A stretch of DNA of 14,058 nucleotides from a bacterium (lineage in GTDB: Bacteria; Zhuqueibacterota; Zhuqueibacteria; Oceanimicrobiales; Oceanimicrobiaceae), in NCBI GenBank assembly GCA_046757525.1, contig JBHHYI010000107.1, positions 1 through 14,058 on the forward strand, read 5' to 3'. Below are positions 7,001-13,989 of the stretch, piece by piece. Within the stretch, counting starts at the first letter, position 1, and each line of letters begins with the position of its first letter. The notes beneath the pieces are model-generated. The model ran no database searches. It saw only the letters and a list, made by a program, of their open reading frames with translations, and was not told where the DNA came from. Position numbers and translations under genes: made by a program.

Positions 7001-7459
7001 CACGCCCATGGTGTTGGGCGAACCAAACGGGAACAGCAGATTGGAAGCAGAAGAAACGGCCACGCCTTTGGGTTGGTACACATCGCACAGCGACAGCTCG
7101 AAGGCCCCCCGTCCCGTGTAAATGGCCACCGCTTCGGGACCAGATTCTTGCTTGATCTGGTTGAGATTTTCTACGATGACGTTATAAGCTTCATCCCAGG
7201 TGATGCGTTTGAAGTCAGGCGTGCCTTTGGGGCTGACTCGCTTCATGGGATATTTAAGACGGTGCTGGGAGTAGACGATCTCCGGGGCGTGCTGGCCGCG
7301 CCGACAGATCATGCCCAGCGGATGACTGGTGTCCTGTTTAATGTCGACTAACTTGCCGTCTTGAAGACCAACTTCAACCCAGCAGCCAGCGGGACAGATG
7401 CCGCAGATGCCTTTGCGCCATTCCAGCGGGGGGTTGGGTTTATCTATGATTTCAGACAT
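4034..7459 (-). CDS. Fusion: DMSO-reductase-family molybdopterin (Mo/W-bisPGD, [4Fe-4S]) oxidoreductase + group I cysteine desulfurase (1141 aa)
   Basis: SD AGGAGA. N-part: C19/C22/C26/C52 Fe-S motif, RLKYPMKR, ITWDEA, WGANP, VIDPRRTETA, IRPGTDGALAL, ADIVLPA, molybdopterin-dinucleotide-binding domain. C-part from residue ~759: IYLDNNATT, GNPSS, EHPA, NNEVG, HTDAVQ, SGHK (K957, PLP), RAGTEN, SSGSAC (C1079). One uninterrupted frame. Confidence 0.95.
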   Translation of the reverse strand: MSEIIDKPNPPLEWRKGICGICPAGCWVEVGLQDGKLVDIKQDTSHPLGMICRRGQHAPEIVYSQHRLKYPMKRVSPKGTPDFKRITWDEAYNVIVENLNQIKQESGPEAVAIYTGRGAFELSLCDVYQPKGVAVSSASNLLFPFGSPNTMGVGALCYVSFAMIAPHVTMGRMLVNMFTDMENAEMLVVWGANPATDSPPLDMHRLEAAARRGADIVVIDPRRTETAVRTAAEWVPIRPGTDGALALSLIEVMIDEELYDEDFAENWCHGFKELATYVQHFRPEVAESITGVPRDTIRNLARRICHATGACPVMYTGLEYSNSGIQAMRAVQTLFALAGQLDVPGGIGLAMLGSHFPINRTCNQENPNLDLAVAREKFPIYSNYRGESHASGLVDAVLKGEPYRIRGLIIHGASLLTSWPQTPIWRETLAKLDFQVCIDRQLTADAAYADIVLPATTMFEIDSYMVYGPIFRLREKIIEPVGEARNDYLIMAELAGRLGYGHLYPGSEEEMIRFALKDSGYSLEEVKAAGGWVKIPTPMMEYKKWQKGSLRQDGQPGFDTPTGKFEIWSTVLEDYGYEPLPKYTEPKEGPQGSPEVARQFPLVFNSGARPHTDFRSQHHGIKGLVKDNPEPTVELNSEDAAARGIRSGDLVEVRTPRGAVPFRARVSGDIVKGAVECNMGGGTPVGPKAWRTWNVNELTDLTNYDEISGFPVYKALLCEVVRVEAGSPDNRRKVSQQVTGCAPQLLLPQNTKKKSGKRIYLDNNATTRVAGAVREAMLPYLDTVHGNPSSIHGVGRDAREAVENARRQVAKLINARPRRIIFTGGGSESDNLALKGVAFARREQGQHIVTTSIEHPAILSTCKFLAGLGYDITYLAVDGQGWLAPEELREAIRQDTILVSVMMANNEVGTILPIREMCAIAHERGVLFHTDAVQAAGKIRVDAQELDVDLLSLSGHKFHAPKGIGALYVRKGIELEPLIHGGKQEGGLRAGTENVPAIVGLGKAAELALQDLRNSAQMQVLRDKLEHGIKQLVPGAKLNGHPQSRLPNTLNLTLPELRGESLVVALDQHGISLSSGSACKSGSPEPTHVLMAMGKSEQAAHCAVRFSLSHATTEADIALTLSALEHVLEEMETTVRFLPCK

Positions 7460-7502
7460 TGGTTCTCCTGATTTAATGTCATTCTATCCGGTTAGCCATT
7501 TA

Positions 7503-7653
7503 GGTAACCGTTCACCTGCCCTAACGATCCCGTAAGGAATGTGAGGTTGGTGTTTTGTCATTCCCGCAATCTTTTGAGCGGGAATCCACAACGGCCTTCC
7601 AAATGGATTCCTGCTAAAAACATGCAGGAATGACATCGTGCTGAACTGTTACC
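7503..7653. mobile_element. MITE-like non-autonomous element (~151 bp) with terminal inverted repeats and target-site duplication
   Basis: TIRs GGTAACCGTTCA (7503-7514) and TGAACTGTTACC (7642-7653), 11/12 complementary; flanking direct repeat CCATTTA at 7496-7502 and 7654-7660; no coding capacity. Confidence 0.8.
7556..7635. repeat. Inverted REP-like doublet (GTCATTCCYGC...GCRGGAATCCA type) inside the MITE
   Basis: TGTCATTCCCGCAATCTTTTGAGCGGGAATCCA (7556-7588) and inverted partner TGGATTCCTGCTAAAAACATGCAGGAATGACA (7604-7635). Confidence 0.85.
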
Positions 7654-7754
7654 CCATTTAGCTAAAAAAAAGTCACTTTTTTATCTTGCAGAGAAAAGAA
7701 TGGTGTTGCAATTGATTGGGTTTCGGGGTATCTTCACCGTACACTCTGAATGCT

Positions 7755-7779
7755 TCATTCCTGCGGAAGCAGGCATCCA
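7755..7779. repeat. Solo REP-like unit of the same family
   Basis: TCATTCCTGCGGAAGCAGGCATCCA, same layout as 7556-7588 with a shorter loop. Confidence 0.7.
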
Positions 7780-7814
7780 ATGGAAAACAGCAGATTGCTG
7801 CAGTTCGATATGAG

Positions 7815-7843
7815 AAATTAGGGTTTTCTTGTTAAGGATGCAA
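7815..7843 (-). promoter_or_regulatory. Putative sigma70 promoter TTGCAT-17-TAATTT facing the fusion gene
   Basis: -35 at 7843-7838, 17-nt spacer, -10 at 7820-7815 (same -10 hexamer as the promoter at 1379-1407); implies a ~350-nt leader. Confidence 0.45.
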
Positions 7844-7879
7844 GATATTTCTTAAGCTGGGCAAAAGGGATACCCGGAT

Positions 7880-8968
7880 TCATTCCCATCTAAACAATTT
7901 TAGAGAAATGGCGAAGCAGACGACAGCCCAGATCGATAGGATGCCCATTTGGGGCAGCACGTTGGTCAACGGCGCGCCATTGTTGAACACCACACGCATG
8001 GCGCGTACCAGATGAGTTAAGGGTAAGAATTCAACCAGCGGCTTGAGGAACTTCGGGATTCCTTCCACGGAAAAATAAACCCCGCTCAAAAAGATCATAG
8101 GCAGGAACAAAGTGTTGGCAATGCCCGAAGCCGTTTCGGTGGTTTTAGCCACGCTGGCAATGGTGAAGCCGATGGCGATGAAGGCCAGCATGCCCACGGT
8201 TAATACCGTCAAAAAAGTTAGCAAGCTACCCACTATCTGAACGTGAAAAACCTGCATGCCGATGGCGATGAGCACAAAGGCTTGCATTAAAACGATCAAA
8301 TAGCGATTGAGAATCTGTCCGGCAATGAATATGGATTTTGGCAGCGGCGTCACCGAAAGCCGGCGCAGCTTGCCTTTTTCGCGGTAGGCCACCACCACCA
8401 TGCCGATAGAAAAGAGGCAGGTGGAAACCACACTCATGCCGATCACGCCGGGCAGCAAGAAGTCGATGTAGCTGGCCTCTGCGCGCACGGGTTGTACCGG
8501 TGTCTTGACGATTTGGATGGGTGGTTTCGCTTGCAAAAGCTGCCAATTGCGGCGATCCACGATTTGCTGCAGCACGGAAATGGCGACTTGTTGAATTTGC
8601 GCTTGGGCGGGATCGTAAAGCACCTCGATCTGCGTGCCGCCGTTGCTCAAAGATTCTGCGTAGCCGCGGTGAATGACGATGGCCAAGCTCTTCTTATTGG
8701 CCTTGATTTTCGCCAGAATGTCTTGTTTCGTCCCTTGCTCGATTTTTAAAACGGGAATCTCTTTCAGGGAAGCCACCAACTCTCGAGACTGCGGCGACTG
8801 ATCTTCATCGATGAGGCCAACGCCAAATTTTATGGAACCCGGCTTGCCAAAAATAAAGCCCAGCATGACCATTAAAAACACCGGAAAAAAGAAAGTCCAG
8901 AAAACGGCCTGCCGGTCGCGCATGAACAGCTTCATTTCGAGCTTGAGTTGACCCCAGAGCATTTTCAT
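7880..8968 (-). CDS. ABC-2 type transporter permease (362 aa)
   Basis: N-terminal TM (FWTFFFP), extracytoplasmic domain, YIDFLLPG, REKGKLRRLSVTP, FLSGVYF, LPLT motifs; ATGA overlap with the ATPase stop. Confidence 0.93.
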   Translation of the reverse strand: MKMLWGQLKLEMKLFMRDRQAVFWTFFFPVFLMVMLGFIFGKPGSIKFGVGLIDEDQSPQSRELVASLKEIPVLKIEQGTKQDILAKIKANKKSLAIVIHRGYAESLSNGGTQIEVLYDPAQAQIQQVAISVLQQIVDRRNWQLLQAKPPIQIVKTPVQPVRAEASYIDFLLPGVIGMSVVSTCLFSIGMVVVAYREKGKLRRLSVTPLPKSIFIAGQILNRYLIVLMQAFVLIAIGMQVFHVQIVGSLLTFLTVLTVGMLAFIAIGFTIASVAKTTETASGIANTLFLPMIFLSGVYFSVEGIPKFLKPLVEFLPLTHLVRAMRVVFNNGAPLTNVLPQMGILSIWAVVCFAISLKLFRWE

Positions 8969-9909
8969 TCGCGCAGACTCCTTCCGGTTAATTCAAGGAA
9001 CAGATCTTCCAGGGTGGGCTTGCGAATGTGCAAATCCTTGATTGTAATATTCATGGATTTAGAATGCTCCATTAAGCTTTCCAGAGATTGGTAGGGATTC
9101 TTAGAGAAAAGCTGCAAGGTCTCACCTTTGCTCATGACCTTGGTCACTGCCGGCAGGCGCTCCAGGGCGTCGAATTTGGCAAAACCATTGGCGTTGAATT
9201 CGAGGCAGCTTTCGACTTGCAGCATGGAAATAAGTTCGGCAGGTGGGCCTTCGGCGATTTTGCGGCCGTGGTCCATGATGGCGATGCGATCGCACAGGCG
9301 CTCCGCCTCTTCCATGTAGTGGGTGGTGAGAATCACGGTTCTGTTGTCCGACTTCATTTCTGTAATGATGTCCCACAGATTTCTGCGCGCGTGTGGGTCC
9401 AGGCCGGTGGTAGGTTCATCCAAGAAAACAACCCTGGGATCGTTGACTAGCGCCAGGGCTAAGGCCATGCGCTGCTGCTGTCCACCGGAAAGGTGCATGT
9501 GGTAGCTGTTTTTCTTGTCCTCCAGAGAGACCAATTTGAGCAGCTCCTCTGTGGGGCGGCGCTTCTTGTAATAGCCACCGAACAAATCCAAAGCCTCACC
9601 AACTTTTATTTTGTTGTAGATCGAGGTCGACTGCAGTTGCACGCCGATGACCTCTTTTACTTTGCGCAGGTCGGTTCGAACGTTGTGACCGTCGATGAAA
9701 ATCTCGCCCTGGTCCGGTTGGCGCAGACCTTCGATCATTTCCAGCGTCGTGGTCTTGCCCGCACCGTTAGGTCCCAGAAGACCGAAGATCTCGCCCTGGT
9801 AGGCGCTAAAGCTCAGACCGTCCACCGCTTTCAGCTTGCCGTAGAATTTGCTGACGTTTCTTAGTTCGACTGTTGGGCGGGCAATCGATTTGTCTGTGTT
9901 TGATTTCAT
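8965..9909 (-). CDS. ABC-2 type exporter ATP-binding protein (~314 aa)
   Basis: Walker A GPNGAGKTT, signature LSGGQQQR, Walker B VFLDEPTTGLD, H-loop TTHYMEEAE, terminal PTLEDLFLELTG. Start taken as ATG 9909; TTG 9921 is possible. Confidence 0.95.
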   Translation of the reverse strand: MKSNTDKSIARPTVELRNVSKFYGKLKAVDGLSFSAYQGEIFGLLGPNGAGKTTTLEMIEGLRQPDQGEIFIDGHNVRTDLRKVKEVIGVQLQSTSIYNKIKVGEALDLFGGYYKKRRPTEELLKLVSLEDKKNSYHMHLSGGQQQRMALALALVNDPRVVFLDEPTTGLDPHARRNLWDIITEMKSDNRTVILTTHYMEEAERLCDRIAIMDHGRKIAEGPPAELISMLQVESCLEFNANGFAKFDALERLPAVTKVMSKGETLQLFSKNPYQSLESLMEHSKSMNITIKDLHIRKPTLEDLFLELTGRSLRE

Positions 9910-10003
9910 GCTCAAAAGCAAAATTCAGTTAAGCTGGTTTTTTGGAAGTTTCTGTGGAAAGAACGCCCCCTGTGGCGCATGCACGTCAACCTAAGGCCGA
10001 GGT

Positions 10004-10134
10004 GCCGAACAACCCTGCTCAGTGGTTGCGGAGATTGCAGGGCACTTTAGATGCTTAATCAAAATACTCTCGAAATGCTCCAAACGCTAAAATCACGCTC
10101 GCGCCCTTTAACACACTGGAGCAACTTGTTAGCT
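10004..10134 (-). mobile_element. Integron attC recombination site (131 bp)
   Basis: Minus strand: R'' AGCTAAC (10134-10128), spacer, L'' arm TGCTC[C]AGTG (10123-10114), variable loop, L' arm CACTGAGCA (10024-10016), spacer, R' GTTCGGC (10010-10004). The arms pair perfectly apart from one extra base on the L'' side. Confidence 0.8.
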
Positions 10135-10583
10135 GACAAGTATTAAAAAATTTAATTTAATAACTTCTTTATTATTGTTGCCAATTTTTTCTTTTCTTGT
10201 ACCTTTTTCAAATACTTCAACAGAAATATACCCAACAAAACAATTCCAATACCACCAATCGAGCCGGGCAAGAATACCCAATATACAACCCTATCATTCA
10301 GATTATTTAATGTAATAATTACCGCACCTAAGAAAAGAATTAAACCTAGAATAGATATAACACCTGAATAAAAAAATGAAAACTTTCGAGATGTCTCTGT
10401 CTCGTTTATTGATTTCAAAAATTCGTCTAAATATCTCCTTTCACTAATAGTCAATTGTGCAGCCATTTTTGAGCTCCTATGAAAATGATTAGATGAAAAA
10501 GCAAAAATCAATATTCAGATAATAGTACTATCTATACGTTTAAGCATATATTGCCTACCATTATTCATACTTTATACAGCCAA
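10010..10583 (-). mobile_element. Solitary integron-type gene cassette (574 bp)
   Basis: Begins at G|TTGGCTG (G at 10584), 7/8 complementary to the cassette's own R'' CAGCTAAC, and ends at the G of R'. One AT-rich ORF points toward the attC; the GC drop begins at the upstream core site. Confidence 0.75.
10152..10466 (-). CDS. Cassette-borne small membrane protein, two predicted TM helices (104 aa), unknown function
   Basis: SD AGGAG plus ATG at 10466 (MAAQLTISERR...); hydrophobic segments FSFFYSGVISILGLILFLGAVIITL and VVYWVFLPGSIGGIGIVLLGIFLL; basic C-tail; stop 17 nt before the attC. Confidence 0.8.
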   Translation of the reverse strand: MAAQLTISERRYLDEFLKSINETETSRKFSFFYSGVISILGLILFLGAVIITLNNLNDRVVYWVFLPGSIGGIGIVLLGIFLLKYLKKVQEKKKLATIIKKLLN

Positions 10584-10598
10584 CAACCTGGTCCAGTT

Positions 10599-13133
10599 TC
10601 AAAGTACTTTCACCACCACCACCGTCATGTCGTCATTGGGGTCGCCATCGGCTGAAAATTGTTGCACCCGGGTGATTATTTTTTCCCTGAGGGAAGCGGC
10701 GCTGTTCCAGCCATTTTCTTGAATTAAATCCGCCAGCAGTTTGGTTTCGAACTCCCGGCCCTGGGAGTCGCGCGCTTCTACAATGCCGTCGGTGTAGAAC
10801 AAAAAGATGTCACCCGGCTTGAAGGCTATTTCCAACTCTTCAATTTCTTTGTCGAATAGTTTTCCTTTTTCCAGCCCGACACCCAGGCCCCGGGGCACCA
10901 GCTCTTTACAGAACTTGTCCTTGGCGCAATAATAGACCAGGGGAAGATGTCCCGCCCGGACCAGCTTTAGTTTGCCCTGGTCCAGGTCAAAAGCCCCGAC
11001 CGTCAGGGTGATGTAGGATTGCAGTTCCATGCTGTCGAAGGTGATGGCGTTGACTTCGGAGACCAGTTCTTTCAAGGACCGGTGGTATTTTGCAGCGGTT
11101 TTCAAGATGCCCTTCAATTGCGACATGTAGAGCGCTGCCGAAGTGCCTTTGCCTGAAACATCGCCTACCACCACGCCAAAGCGGCCGTCGGAGAGGTCGA
11201 GGTAATCATAGTAGTCGCCTCCCACTTCCAGGGCCGGGATGGAAATGCCGCTGATTTCAAGTCCGGGAATCTGCGGGTCTGCCTGAGGTAGCGAGCTCAA
11301 TTGGATGCGCTGCGCCACTTCTAACTCATGTTTCAGTCGATCTTGTTCGCGTAGTTCTTCGGTCAACAAAGCATTTTCCAGAGAGATGTTGATTTGATCC
11401 CCCAGGGATTCGAGGAGATCCAGGTCTTCTTTGTAATACGTTTCATCCTTCTCCTTTTCACCCAGACTCAGCACGCCGATCAATTTACTCTTGAACAAGA
11501 GCGGCAGTACGATTTCCGCTTTTAGAGTTCGCCATCTTCGGAGTTCGTCCTCGGAAATCAATTCAGGGTTCTCTTTCAGAGGCGAGAGGTCAACCAACTT
11601 GTCTGTTTTCTGCAGTTTTTTCAGGACTTGATCGTCAAAGCGGAACAGCACCGCGGGGTCGGACAATTCTCCCCTTGCAGAATGAACAGCAAGTTTGTCG
11701 CCCTCGGGCCGCTGCCACAACAGTACCACCGGTCGAATCCTCATGGTGTCGTGGATGAACGACAACAACAGAGCGGACAGTTTTTCCAGGTCCACCACTT
11801 TGACCAGGTGGTGCCGAAAAGACTGCACAACCTCGTGGTAAATGAATCGACTGGGATAAAATCTGCGGTCGACGAAATTTCTGATTCTGTTTTTGACCGG
11901 ATTGAACAAGGCCGCGATGAGCAAAGTTGCAATGATGGTGACGATTTGACCGCTGGATCCCGTAATCAGCAAGACCAGATGACCAACACCCACCACCAGG
12001 AGAAAATAAGCCCCGATGACAAAGCCGGACATCAAAGCATACGCCACACTGCGCTTAACAATGACGTCGATATCCATGAAGCGATGTTTGACGATTACGT
12101 AAGCCAGAATCATTGGCCACAGAATCACCATTAGCACGATGAATTCAGCAAAAGGCGGGGTCTGATTAAACAATAAATTTGGTAGAAAATAAAGCAAAAG
12201 CGGAAGGCCCAAACTAAACGTTGTGCCGTAAAACATGATTTGAGCTTGCGTCTTAATTTTTGGGTTGGGCGCACGTCGAACAGAGTGGGCCAATACGTTC
12301 ATAGCCGCGCAGAAGTTGAAGGTCAACCAAATTCCCCAGCCGATTCTGAGGATTCTGTCGGACCAGCTCAAATGATTGACGACAGCAAAAACGTACGGGA
12401 TGATCAGGACCAAAGGGGAGTATATGACAGTTAGAGTGAGCTTCGGGTGTTGCCTAATAATCTCTTTCTCTGTGGGGAAGATCAAGAAGAAATGCAGCAG
12501 CAAACCTACCGCCAACGGCCACACGGGCAGGAGAACCCAGCCAAGGATGTCGGAGACAGGTAGGATTTTTTGTAAGGCGTAGAATTCGAAAGGAAATGCG
12601 TCCTGCATGGCCAAAGCCCAAAAAAGCACCATCAGGTAGAAAATGTGTGCGGTTCGGTCCTGCACTTTCTTGAGCAGAACGAACATGCCGATGAGACACA
12701 GGGCGTAACAAAACACCACGCCGGGTAGCAATCCGAAGAAAATGGCCTGAGTATAGACCTTTGATCGTCTTTCTGCGACGAAGGTGAATGTATGTTTTTC
12801 GTAATTCCTTAGAATGGTGATTTCAACGGGCTGGCCGATTTCAACTTTCTTGTAGGCCTCTAAAAGATCATCCTCGCTTTTTATTGGGGTGTTGTTGAAA
12901 GCTAAAACCACGTCGCCTTCTTCCACCCCGCTTTGTTTGGCCGGACCTTTTGGCATGACGTGGGAAATCGCTACCTTCCCAAGGTCTTCTCTGAATTCAT
13001 AACTGATCCCGGCAACGGGTTCGGTCATTAACAAGTACAGATCGGCGCCCGTGGCAGCCACGATGTACAGAAACACGAAAAGCCCCAACAGCAGCAGGAG
13101 GGATATTTTCCATATTTTGAAATTCTGGTGCAT
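10599..13133 (-). CDS. Membrane sensor phosphatase: TM-PDZ-multi-TM-GAF-PP2C (SpoIIE/RsbU family), ~844 aa
   Basis: PDZ-like ISHVMPKGPAKQSGVEEGDVVLAFN; multiple hydrophobic helices; GAF-like VLPLLFKSKLIGVLSLG...LENA; PP2C motifs VGGDYYD, GDVSGKG, RAGH, YTDGIVEA, DDMT. Start taken as ATG 13133, 16 nt after the upstream stop. Confidence 0.92.
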   Translation of the reverse strand: MHQNFKIWKISLLLLLGLFVFLYIVAATGADLYLLMTEPVAGISYEFREDLGKVAISHVMPKGPAKQSGVEEGDVVLAFNNTPIKSEDDLLEAYKKVEIGQPVEITILRNYEKHTFTFVAERRSKVYTQAIFFGLLPGVVFCYALCLIGMFVLLKKVQDRTAHIFYLMVLFWALAMQDAFPFEFYALQKILPVSDILGWVLLPVWPLAVGLLLHFFLIFPTEKEIIRQHPKLTLTVIYSPLVLIIPYVFAVVNHLSWSDRILRIGWGIWLTFNFCAAMNVLAHSVRRAPNPKIKTQAQIMFYGTTFSLGLPLLLYFLPNLLFNQTPPFAEFIVLMVILWPMILAYVIVKHRFMDIDVIVKRSVAYALMSGFVIGAYFLLVVGVGHLVLLITGSSGQIVTIIATLLIAALFNPVKNRIRNFVDRRFYPSRFIYHEVVQSFRHHLVKVVDLEKLSALLLSFIHDTMRIRPVVLLWQRPEGDKLAVHSARGELSDPAVLFRFDDQVLKKLQKTDKLVDLSPLKENPELISEDELRRWRTLKAEIVLPLLFKSKLIGVLSLGEKEKDETYYKEDLDLLESLGDQINISLENALLTEELREQDRLKHELEVAQRIQLSSLPQADPQIPGLEISGISIPALEVGGDYYDYLDLSDGRFGVVVGDVSGKGTSAALYMSQLKGILKTAAKYHRSLKELVSEVNAITFDSMELQSYITLTVGAFDLDQGKLKLVRAGHLPLVYYCAKDKFCKELVPRGLGVGLEKGKLFDKEIEELEIAFKPGDIFLFYTDGIVEARDSQGREFETKLLADLIQENGWNSAASLREKIITRVQQFSADGDPNDDMTVVVVKVL

Positions 13134-13149
13134 GCTTTGAGAAAGCGAA

Positions 13150-13806
13150 TTATGCCGATTGGATAGCGGTTGTAGTTTGATCGATTTCCTTTGCGCACTG
13201 ACCAAAAAGATGAGCCTGAACTAACAGTCCCCAAAAGTTGGTAAACGGTGAAACGATGCCGAGACCAGCCAAAAACAAAATGCCATTGAGAATGGTGGAA
13301 AATATTATGATCGCCAGGAAATTGCCCAAGTTGCTTCTAAGCAAATTGAACAATCCGGAAATCTTGAAGGCGGCAGCGAAATTGTTGGTAGCGGCATATT
13401 GAATAAAGGCGGCGTTTATGAAAAAGCACCAGGCAAATAGCGTGAGCAGTGAAACTAACGCAATCGCAAACCCTTTTTCGACGCCCGGCATGTAAGGGTC
13501 CATGGCCAACTGAGTGATGGGCAAAGCACAAATGAGGCCGATCACGACAAAGTAAACGATGAAAATGATTCCGCCCATGACCCCGTCGACAAAGATATTG
13601 CCAAAATTTGACCAGTCGGGTAGGGGCTTTTCAACACCATTGAGCACATTGCGCAGCAAGGCAACGTAATAGCCCAGGATAAAGAATCCGGTGATAAAAA
13701 ATATGCCGCAATAAAAACTGACAAAGGCTATGAGACCTCCAATGACCGTTTTTTTTACCCACTCCTCGTCTTCAAAGGTGAAAGACAGGGCTGCTGAGTA
13801 ATTCAT
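13150..13806 (-). CDS. DUF4013-family membrane protein (218 aa)
   Basis: SD AGGGAG plus ATG at 13806; ALSFTFEDEEWVKKTVIGG...LGY...RNV...PLPDWSNFGNIFVDG pattern and several TM segments. Confidence 0.85.
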   Translation of the reverse strand: MNYSAALSFTFEDEEWVKKTVIGGLIAFVSFYCGIFFITGFFILGYYVALLRNVLNGVEKPLPDWSNFGNIFVDGVMGGIIFIVYFVVIGLICALPITQLAMDPYMPGVEKGFAIALVSLLTLFAWCFFINAAFIQYAATNNFAAAFKISGLFNLLRSNLGNFLAIIIFSTILNGILFLAGLGIVSPFTNFWGLLVQAHLFGQCAKEIDQTTTAIQSA

Positions 13807-13966
13807 GAATGACTCCCTGAAGATAGTTCGTTGCAAATTATGAAGGGTCTGCAACTATTCTATACGAAAATTTAGCAAAAGGTTTTATCAATTCAAAATC
13901 ATTTCTGGCTTAATTTAAGTTGAAAGGGTCCCTGCAAGGTTGTTTGAGACAATCCCCAAAGCCCCC

Positions 13967-13989
13967 GCAATCCGGTGCAACCGGATTGC
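13967..13989. terminator. Perfect 10-bp hairpin, possible terminator or repeat
   Basis: GCAATCCGGT-GCA-ACCGGATTGC; only a short T-run on the + side, and the gene it would terminate is not visible. Confidence 0.3.

Noticed and set aside
4059..7351. Long plus-strand and alternate-frame ORFs (e.g. 6137..7351, 5213..6136, 4253..4981, 4692..5432)
   Set aside because: Shadow ORFs of a GC-rich, motif-complete gene; no recognisable motifs of their own.
4034..7459. Calling the fusion iscS, fdh, acetylene hydratase, or a selenoprotein
   Set aside because: No isc operon context, diagnostic FDH His and acetylene hydratase Asp are absent, and there is no in-frame TGA; no gene symbol assigned.
7660..7810. 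Moco or SAM-I riboswitch in the fusion gene leader (ends ...CTGCAAGATAA)
   Set aside because: The conserved cores I recall for these RNAs are absent and the visible structure is explained by REP units; an Rfam cmscan would settle it.
9940..10060. Stand-alone ncRNA upstream of the ABC ATPase
   Set aside because: The pairing is accounted for by the right arm of the attC site; no match to RNA families I can recognise.
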